Source: Eubacteriales bacterium (GTDB lineage: Bacteria > Bacillota > Clostridia > Oscillospirales > CAG-382). Taken from it: a DNA stretch of 64,000 nucleotides. Both the position numbers and the translations under genes were made by a program. The stretch spans positions 171 through 64,170 of the forward strand of contig JAZQFS010000042.1 in NCBI GenBank assembly GCA_045539625.1. Reading direction: 5' to 3'. Positions within the stretch are counted from its first letter, which is position 1. Each line of letters starts with the position of its first letter. This document shows positions 19,422-26,900 of the stretch, one piece after another. Under the pieces are notes generated by a model. The model was not told the DNA's origin. It saw nothing but the letters and a program-made list of their open reading frames with translations, and did not search any database.

Positions 19422-19544
19422 TTAGTTTTGGGTTTCGCCAAACAATTCACTTCCGTCAATGAGAACATCGCTGCCGTTAAGAATGTCTTCAATTGTCAAA
19501 AGTACCGTCTCAACTTGGGGACTTAAATATTTTTTCTTATTCAC
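19422..19544 (-). CDS. 40-aa acidic small protein, paralog of 9573..9695, function unknown
   Basis: GTG at 19544 with AGGAAG 8 nt upstream, TAA at 19422-19424. Sequence: (M)NKKKYLSPQVETVLLTIEDILNGSDVLIDGSELFGETQN. It lies 29 nt upstream of the 747-aa gene. Same length and same position as the other copy. Confidence 0.55.
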   Translation of the reverse strand: MNKKKYLSPQVETVLLTIEDILNGSDVLIDGSELFGETQN

Positions 19545-19571
19545 AAAACCCACTTCCTTTCCTATAAGTAT

Positions 19572-19635
19572 ATATTATCATCATTTTTTGCCATCGTGAA
19601 TGGATATTGTTTGCAGCAAGATGTATATAACAGGC
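19572..19635 (-). promoter_or_regulatory. promoter plus AraC-like operator (two 16-bp direct repeats, 21-bp phasing) for the small-ORF/747-aa/1603-aa unit
   Basis: Read on the minus strand: GCCTGTTATATACATC (19635-19620), n5, GCAAACAATATCCATT (19614-19599). The second repeat overlaps the -35 TTCACG (19600-19595). A 17-nt spacer leads to the -10 TAATAT (19577-19572). Geometry is identical to the site at 20869..20932. Confidence 0.5.
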
Positions 19636-19703
19636 GTTTTAACCTTATTTTCGGACATTTTTTAAAAAATACCGATATTTTCGCCTTGCCGTATTTTCTT
19701 TCA

Positions 19704-20816
19704 TTATTCTTCGTCAAGAAAAACCTTCTTGGCAGCCTTCAAATATCCGTAGCCGTTAAGGTCATCGGGCTGGAGATAGCTTGTTTCCGTCCATTCATTC
19801 CAGCTGTTGACGGTAATAAGCGGTGCTTCAAGCTCCGGGTGATTATCAATATATTCCTTCATCATTTCAAAGCCCTTCTTTATGCTTTCGGGCTTACAGT
19901 CATGGCAGATATTATTTGAAAGCTTCTTGTATCTGGGATTTGGATCCCATCCCATTGAAATATGAGGGTAGAAGGGATGCTTTATATTCTTTTCAATATA
20001 GTCCCACTCTGCTCTTACATCTTCAAGCACCTCGTCGTAGGTTCTGTTCATGGGAATATAGTCTACAAAATTATAATGTGTTACGCCGTCAAGGTTTGCC
20101 ATATTGATAAAGTCAAAAATGGTGGTATTTTCGTCAAGCTTTCTGTCCATATAGTTATTTCTTCTTCTGATGGTAAGAAGAAGCTCAAGACCGGGATAGC
20201 CTGCCTTTACCGTTTCTTCACGGAAATACTGCAAAGCATCAAGCGTCTGCTGTACACCGCCAAGACCTCGTACAAGATTCTGCAGGTCAAAGAGAAGATA
20301 TACGGGCTTGCCGTCAATCTTATAGTAGCAAGGGTGAGAAAAATACTTCTCAATTGTACGCTTTACGATAATCTTATCGAAGGTTTCTCTGTTTACCGCA
20401 CCGTCCCATATGGGTGTATGAAGGTCAGCGGTTCTTGTATCCCACTGGCTTTCGGCGGTGTGGTTTGCCCACATGAGGAAAAACTTCATTTTATGGTTAT
20501 TTCTCGCCTTAAGGAAGCCGTTATCAAGGCACTGTTCAAGAAAAGGTCTGTTATCGTACCAATACCAGTCATATATAAACACATTGATACCGTGGCTTGT
20601 TGCCGCCTCAATTTCCATTTCCATAACATACGGATCGGCTTCGTTTACATATCCCCAAAGAGGTTTTCTCGGCCATTGATGACCGGGGAACTTTGGTTGC
20701 ATCGCCTTCACCGTCTGCCACTCACCGTAGCCCTCGGGCCAGAATATTCTGCTTCTTGGCTCATCGCCTGTGTAAGAGGGCCATATATATGCCGCTACAT
20801 CATACTTCTTTTTCAC
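19704..20816 (-). CDS. GH99-like / WbsX-family (PF14307-type) protein, cytoplasmic
   Basis: Family-typical N-terminus AAYIWPSYTGDEPRSRIFWPEGYGEWQTVKAMQPKFPGHQWPRKPLWGYVNEADPYVMEMEIEAATSHGINVFIYDWYWYD and C-terminal SWNEWTETSYLQPD. No signal peptide. GTG start with AAGGAAG RBS. Confidence 0.85.
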   Translation of the reverse strand: MKKKYDVAAYIWPSYTGDEPRSRIFWPEGYGEWQTVKAMQPKFPGHQWPRKPLWGYVNEADPYVMEMEIEAATSHGINVFIYDWYWYDNRPFLEQCLDNGFLKARNNHKMKFFLMWANHTAESQWDTRTADLHTPIWDGAVNRETFDKIIVKRTIEKYFSHPCYYKIDGKPVYLLFDLQNLVRGLGGVQQTLDALQYFREETVKAGYPGLELLLTIRRRNNYMDRKLDENTTIFDFINMANLDGVTHYNFVDYIPMNRTYDEVLEDVRAEWDYIEKNIKHPFYPHISMGWDPNPRYKKLSNNICHDCKPESIKKGFEMMKEYIDNHPELEAPLITVNSWNEWTETSYLQPDDLNGYGYLKAAKKVFLDEE

Positions 20817-20868
20817 GTGCTTTCTTCCTTTCGTCTTTCATAATCTTCCGCCATCATTTTTTATCTAT

Positions 20869-20932
20869 ATTCTATCACCAAATATTCTTTTCGTGAATGT
20901 ATAATACTTGCACTAAAATGTAGATAACTTGC
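20869..20932 (-). promoter_or_regulatory. promoter plus AraC-like operator for the GH99-like gene
   Basis: Read on the minus strand: GCAAGTTATCTACATT (20932-20917), n5, GCAAGTATTATACATT (20911-20896; 13/16 identical to the first repeat). The second repeat overlaps the -35 TTCACG (20897-20892). A 17-nt spacer leads to TGaTAGAAT, with the -10 at 20874-20869. Confidence 0.5.
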
Positions 20933-21073
20933 GTTTTTCAAAAAAATGCGCCGTTATTTCAAGCTTTTTGTCACAGTTTAGGTATAAAACACGCATCAAT
21001 GACTGCAAATCATTTTCATCAATGGGTGCTTCGGCAACTGAAAAACATACAGAAAAACAATCTTTTTTTGCAC

Positions 21074-21107
21074 AAAAAATACGCCATCGTGATAATTTTC
21101 GATGACG
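21074..21107 (-). terminator. rho-independent terminator after the MBL-fold gene
   Basis: Minus strand: CGTCATCG-n10-CGATGGCG (8-bp stem with one G-U pair), followed by TATTTTTT. Confidence 0.5.
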
Positions 21108-21122
21108 TTTCCCGATAAACTG

Positions 21123-22754
21123 TTATTTATACTGTGTTACAAGATATGTCTTGTCCTTCTTGCCGTTCATAACAACCTTGATTTTACCGTATCTTCCCGT
21201 TGTGTACATTTTACTTACATCAAAGCCGTTAACGTGGGTAAGTGCGTAGCGTGTGGTTTTAAGAAAAACGCCCTTTTCACGCATACTGGGTACAACCGCA
21301 AAGGCAGGCATACAGCTATCTATAAACTTATAGTAGCTCTGATATACAATGCCGTGGTGGGCAACCTTAAGAAGGTCACATTTAAGACGTGAGCCATACT
21401 TTTCGGCAAGGCGTTTTTCTGACTTATCGGATATATCTCCGCAAAGAAGTGCGCTGTTTTCTTTATACGTCAGCTTAAATGCCACAGAGTTTTCGTTCAT
21501 ATCAACAGCAGGCTCATCGGTTCTTACGGGATTTATCACAAGCACACTGCAGCCGCCTATATCAAATTCATCGCCGTCTGCAACACGGACGATTTTTGTA
21601 CCGTTCTTTTCTGCGTTATCTATAAGCTCATAATACTCCACAAGTCTTTGCTTTTCCGCCTCAATTACTGGCTGAGCGTTAATATCGGGTATCCACAGCT
21701 CTTTTGCGAAAACATTTTCAAGCAGCTTTGCCGCACAACCCATGTGGTCGCCGTGCGGGTGTGTTATAACAAGGCAGTCAAGCTCTTTTACACAAAGTTT
21801 TGCAAGACCGTCCTTTACTTCATCATAGCTATAGTCGCTTCCCGTATCAACAAGCATATTTTTTCCGTCGGGAAATGTTATATAAATGCAGTCCCCCACA
21901 AAGGGTGTGGGAAAAGGAGTAACCTCGGCAGGCACATCGGGGTGGCGAAGCTCAAAAAGTCTTACAACAAGCTTTCCGTCACAGTCGGCTGTTGAGAAAA
22001 ATTCCTCATCGCTTCCCGAAAGCTTGTTTTCGGGCTCACGGTGTATTGCAGGCAGGTACTCCAGGTGTGCATCTTCCGGAAGCATGGGAAACTGCCCGCC
22101 AACGCCGTTGGGATAAAAGATATTCTCATACAGCTTAAGGTACAGCTCGCCTGTGTTTTCCTTGACAATCATCTTTTCGATATATCCGCCCGAAATCTCA
22201 ATACAGGTATCCTTATCACCGCCGCCTGCGGTAATTGTAAGAATATGTCCGTCGGTCATTTTAAGGTAAGTACCGCCGAGAGCCAAGGCTGTTTTATCCT
22301 TACTTCCCGTATTTACATTGGTGCACACGATACCCGAAAAATCAAGGTCTATCTTTCCGTGTTTTTTACACCGTCCGCCGCCGAAAAATCCGTACTTTAT
22401 TGCTCCGCCCGACACCTTTATTTCAATGTCGCCAACCTCGTCCTCTATTCCGCCGCCGAAAAGGTAGCCGCCTATCATTCCGCCTTCAAGGGACAGAGAG
22501 ATTTTTTCTTCCACACTTCCCTTTTCACTTCCTCCGCAAAGAAGGTAGAGAAAGCCCGACTTCATAACAACCTCGGTTTTTTTTACGGCAATTTCCTTAC
22601 CGCCGCCGAAAACACGTCCGAATTTAAGGTCAGACGTTGAAAGCTGCTCTCCTGTTTGTGTGGAATAAACGTGGGTTTCGCCTTTTTCATTCTGTGCTAC
22701 GGTTATGGGTGTGCCGCAGGCATAGAAAACATTATCTTCCTGTAAGTAATTCAT
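21123..22754 (-). CDS. metallo-beta-lactamase-fold hydrolase (ComEC-type MBL domain) with an N-terminal Gly-rich repeat (solenoid-like) domain
   Basis: C-terminal half: LVDTGSDYSYDEVKDGL...DCLVITHPHGDHMGCAAKLL...LLKVAHHG (HxHxDH motif). The N-terminal ~210 aa contain ~20-aa repeats bounded by GG/GGG (FGGGKEI.., LCGGSEKG.., LFGGGIEDE.., FFGGGRCKK.., TAGGGDKD..). Confidence 0.8.
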   Translation of the reverse strand: MNYLQEDNVFYACGTPITVAQNEKGETHVYSTQTGEQLSTSDLKFGRVFGGGKEIAVKKTEVVMKSGFLYLLCGGSEKGSVEEKISLSLEGGMIGGYLFGGGIEDEVGDIEIKVSGGAIKYGFFGGGRCKKHGKIDLDFSGIVCTNVNTGSKDKTALALGGTYLKMTDGHILTITAGGGDKDTCIEISGGYIEKMIVKENTGELYLKLYENIFYPNGVGGQFPMLPEDAHLEYLPAIHREPENKLSGSDEEFFSTADCDGKLVVRLFELRHPDVPAEVTPFPTPFVGDCIYITFPDGKNMLVDTGSDYSYDEVKDGLAKLCVKELDCLVITHPHGDHMGCAAKLLENVFAKELWIPDINAQPVIEAEKQRLVEYYELIDNAEKNGTKIVRVADGDEFDIGGCSVLVINPVRTDEPAVDMNENSVAFKLTYKENSALLCGDISDKSEKRLAEKYGSRLKCDLLKVAHHGIVYQSYYKFIDSCMPAFAVVPSMREKGVFLKTTRYALTHVNGFDVSKMYTTGRYGKIKVVMNGKKDKTYLVTQYK

Positions 22755-22859
22755 AATGTCACCTTCTTAGGTTCATTATAGCATTTTTAGAGGTGGTTGT
22801 CAATGTACAGTGTTTTATTATAACATATATTTTGGCTGAGGTGCGATGTCAACATCATA

Positions 22860-23321
22860 CTACATCTCACCGATATTTACAATTCTCACAGACTGCCGTT
22901 TCTTTGCATATTCAAGAGTTTTCGCCGCACCTCCGAAGGAGTGTTGCACAAAGCAAACCAAAACAGCCGCATTATCTACCATATACTGATTAGCTTTGAT
23001 TATCTGCAATTGCTTAGGTGTTTTCGGCGGCATATCCGCAACAAGAATATTATCATAATCTTTATAATACTGCTCTTTACAGGTATTAATTTCCGAAGTC
23101 AGATAAGGTATGACAAGATTGAGCATCAAGGACGGGTATTTTCCTTTCAGTTCCCTTACTGCTTTTGCACAAAGCTTATCGAAAGCACCGTAATTTCCCA
23201 CCCAAAATTCGTTTATTTGTTCCGTCAAAATCAATTCTTCAACCGAAGATTTGAGGTTTTTATATATTTCATCTGTTCCGTAAAGCTTCGAGTGACCTGC
23301 AAAGCAACATATCTTTATCAT
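22860..23321 (-). CDS. SLOG-fold protein, YpsA/DUF1273-like
   Basis: MIKICCFAGHSKLYG...INEFWVGNYGAFDKLCAKAVRELKGKYPSLMLNLVIPYL...ANQYMVDNAAVLVCFVQHSFGGAAKTLEYAKK follows the pattern of the B. subtilis YpsA family (G-x-G-x-D, PF..., GG-T). Confidence 0.7.
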   Translation of the reverse strand: MIKICCFAGHSKLYGTDEIYKNLKSSVEELILTEQINEFWVGNYGAFDKLCAKAVRELKGKYPSLMLNLVIPYLTSEINTCKEQYYKDYDNILVADMPPKTPKQLQIIKANQYMVDNAAVLVCFVQHSFGGAAKTLEYAKKRQSVRIVNIGEM

Positions 23322-23477
23322 TTTTACACCTTCTTCACATTCAATAAAACACTTTACATCATTGTAAAAGCAATCTTTTTTGGTGTATTATACCACGCTT
23401 AAGTGCTATTGTCAATCAATTCTGTTGTTTTATCAACCTTACAGATTGTCGATTATACTTTGAAACAGGGGTATAAT

Positions 23478-23726
23478 ATGTATGTAGAGGTGAGGAAAGT
23501 GAAAAATGAGCATTTCGATATTTGGTTAAGCATCGGTTTAAATATTTTGCATTACAGAAAAGAGCAAGGAATGACTCAAATGCAGCTTGCAGACAAAACG
23601 GGCATAAGCAAGAATCATATGCAGAGAATCGAAACCGCCGCCTGCTCCTGCACACTTGACACGCTTATTGACATTGCCGATGCGTTGAACATTCCGCTGA
23701 AAAAGCTTTTTGAATTTAAAGACTGA
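23478..23726 (+). CDS. XRE family HTH transcriptional regulator
   Basis: LNILHYRKEQGMTQMQLADKTGISKNHMQRIETAACSCTLDTLIDIADALNIPLKKLFEF is a canonical HTH_3. The start is uncertain: ATG at 23478, or GTG at 23499 preceded by GAGGTGAGG. Confidence 0.8.
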   Translation: MYVEVRKVKNEHFDIWLSIGLNILHYRKEQGMTQMQLADKTGISKNHMQRIETAACSCTLDTLIDIADALNIPLKKLFEFKD

Positions 23727-23731
23727 TTTAA

Positions 23732-23767
23732 GTTGTCTCATTACTTTGTTTTGAGACAGCTTTTTTT
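23732..23767 (+). terminator. rho-independent terminator after the XRE gene
   Basis: GTTGTCTCA-n11-TGAGACAGC followed by TTTTTTT. Confidence 0.55.
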
Positions 23768-23852
23768 ATTGTTTTTGCACAGTTCAGAGGGCACCGATTT
23801 CTTCGTCCCTGTTTAGGGCAAAAGTAACTGTCAGCTTTCCGGCATATAAAAG

Positions 23853-23886
23853 AAAAAGCAGGTAACAGCACTTTGCCGTTACCTGC
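23853..23886 (-). terminator. rho-independent terminator after the 1856-aa gene
   Basis: Minus strand: GCAGGTAAC-n11-GTTACCTGC followed by TTTTTCTTTT, 32 nt after the TGA at 23918. Confidence 0.6.
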
Positions 23887-23917
23887 AAAAACATATTATT
23901 TTGTCACAGTTTTATAC

Positions 23918-26900
23918 TCAGCTTACCGAAAAGCTTTCATCAACGCTTTCACAAAGGGGTTTCAATGAACCAAGACTGTCAAACAGCATAATCTTATAGC
24001 TGCAAACACCCTCGGCATCAAAATTAAAGACTGCCGCCGTGTTTTGTGCCGATACGGGTTTTATCTGCATACCAATATAACTGCCGTTTTCGCCGTAAAG
24101 TGCAAGGACAGCTTGGGCATTATCCACGCCCTCGTCAAGTACGGCGTTATAAGTGCAGAAATACTGCGTTTTTACCGTCTCGCCGTTTTCGTTCACTTCT
24201 GCAACCGTCACAACGGCACTGTCAGAGGCTATCAAACCCAGCTTATTTTGGTATTCTCTGACAAGAGTCTGACTGCCCTGTGCTTTTACGTATCTTGAAT
24301 TTGCTTCAAGTGTTTTTTCTCCAAGATCAATTTCAACATAGCCCTGAGGTTTATTTGTTCCTGTCACAACTACATTTGCATCGCCACTTGCCGAAAGTGT
24401 GCCCTGTGCATCAATTTCCCCGAAGATATAGTTTCCTGCACCCAAAGTCATACAAGCGTCCTTATGGATATTCACCTTATCTGCCGTCACGAGGTATTGT
24501 CCCGAAGAAATTACGGTATTCTTATGAATATTGATTTCACGAAGCTTCATATCCCCCGTCACATTTTCAAGGCTTCTTTCAAATTCAATATAGTCAACGG
24601 TAAGTGCCGCATCAATACAGTTTGGAACAAGTCTGAAGCCTGTTATTATGCCCGTAACATCTGAAATATCAAAGGAATACTCATTCATTAATGTATCGGG
24701 AATACTCTTTGTACAGGTTATTTCTCCGTCTTTTGTTGTAAGCACAAGTGTAAGAGATGCAGGAACAACGTCAATCATGGAAATTGCAAGCTTTGTATTA
24801 AAGCAGGAGTATTTTTCAGCATCAACAAGCAGGGTGCTGTCATAGATGGAAACACCGCCCTCATAGGAGGTAACGCTTGCAATACCGTTCTGCACCTTTC
24901 CGTGGAAGCCGCCGAGAGAAATGCCCTCTGTATCGCCGTCTGTTTCAAAGTACCAGCTATCGGCATATTCCCAAACAGCGTACACTGTCACGTTTTTATC
25001 GGCAGTTACCGTCTTGACTGTCTTTTCGCTTCCCTCTTCCGTTGTCCAGCCCTTGAACTTATAGCCTGTTCTTTCGGGAACAATTGACGAGAGTGTATAT
25101 TCTCCCTTGGCATAAGCATCGCTTTCGGGAAGACCTGTAACCTCATCATCTGCACCTGCCGAGTATGAAACGGTATAGCAGGGTGTCTGTCCTGTTACGG
25201 TAAATGTTCTTTCGGCAAAAATCGTATCGTCATATGCACATACTGCCTTTACCGTCACCGTACCGTTATTTACGGGTGTGACAGTGCCGTCAGCACCGAT
25301 TGTTGCAATTCTTTCATCATCAACGCTCCAGTTAACCTTATCCGTTGCATCGTCAAGTGTTACCCTGACGGAAAGAGATGTTTCTTTGCTTATTACATCA
25401 TCGCCCAAAATTTCAATGCTGTCTGGCATATAGATATACTGAGCTTCAATTACACGGGGTATTGCCTGTCGGAGCTGTGCAAATACACGCTTTGCAATTT
25501 CGTCCATACCAAGGTCACCTGGATGGCTTCTGAACTCGATTCTTCCGTCGCCAAGAAGGTCATCATAGCCCGGATACTGAGCATATGCAAGGTAAGGATT
25601 ATACTTCCAGCCGCTATTTCCTCTGTCGTAGGTTACGCCGTCCTTTACAAGATACCTGTTATCAGGATTAACCACGCTGTAGGAGTTAATATCTCTCATA
25701 TCGGCAACGTAAAAGCCGTAAACCTTTGCGTATTCCATTGCAGCCCTTGCTCTGTTACAATCGGAAAAGCTTGTGATTATCACAACAACGGAATTTTCAG
25801 GTTTATGCTCTTTGATTTTAGCATACAGCGTATCGTAGAACAGGCACGCCACCTCATAATTATCGGTTTTTAAGTTTTCACCAAGCTGGATTGTGATAAT
25901 ATCGGGCTTTTCGGTTTCAAGGTGCTCTATTCTGTCGGCAAGTGAATTTACAATACTGTTCTTACTGTATTCCTTATCCCAGCCCTCAAAGTTTGTGGTA
26001 TCGTTTGAATCGGCAAGTCCCTTCTTCCATGCAGCCTCTGTATCGGAGCTTGCGAAAACCTCGCCTGTCACCTTTGAATTAAGCTCTGTTCTTAAGTAAT
26101 ACTGTATTCTATGGAAATAGTCAAGCTCAGGATCTGATGCCGCCATTCCTCGAAGCGGCTCATCTGCCTTCATCCATATTGAATAGTTTGGATTATAGCC
26201 GTGACGCAGGTATGAGTTACCGATACTCATAAGCTTTAAGTCATAAACCAACGTCTTTTTTCTCTGTCCCGATATTTCTATTTCAACGCTGTCGGTTGCG
26301 TTTTTATCGGCAAAAGCTGTTGCCGTTACAACAACCGTTCCGTTACCGAGAGCAGTAAGTGTAACCGTACCGTCATCGGCAATATCAAGTCTTGCAATAT
26401 TTGTATCGCTTAACGTATAGTCAACCGATTCATCTTCAAGTGCAATATTTGAAAACAGCCGAGAGGTCAGCGTTACACTGCCGCCGTCAAGTGTGATTTT
26501 ATCATCAGAGGCTGTAAGGCTCAGTGCCGCCTGCAACGGCGTTCCCTCGTTAGGGTTGGTTTTGGAAAAATACATTTCGTCCACCTCTATATTATTCATT
26601 TTCTGATAAGTTACAGGCTTTTTCACATAGTAAAAATCGCCGTCTTTTTCATCGTATACTCCGTCACTGTCAACGTCATACAGGAAGTATTCGTTGGAAA
26701 TGATTGAGCCTGTTATATTGGCAAACATCATTTTTGCGAAATATTCGCCGTTTGCACCGCTTACAAGAGGTCTTAAATCAAGGACGTAGGTTTTATAATC
26801 CGTTGTCATATAAAAGCTTTGAGACACTTTCATAGCTGCGGTATACACAGGGTTTGAGCCGAAGCCCGGGTATACGGAGATACCTCTTTCACCTGCGCTG

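Noticed and set aside
22860-23726. SLOG protein plus divergent XRE regulator as a toxin-antitoxin or nucleotide-signalling defence pair.
   Set aside because: The SLOG protein follows the housekeeping YpsA/DUF1273 pattern. No effector (nuclease, TIR, pore-former) or nucleotide cyclase is adjacent. The genes are divergent rather than co-transcribed. The evidence is insufficient.
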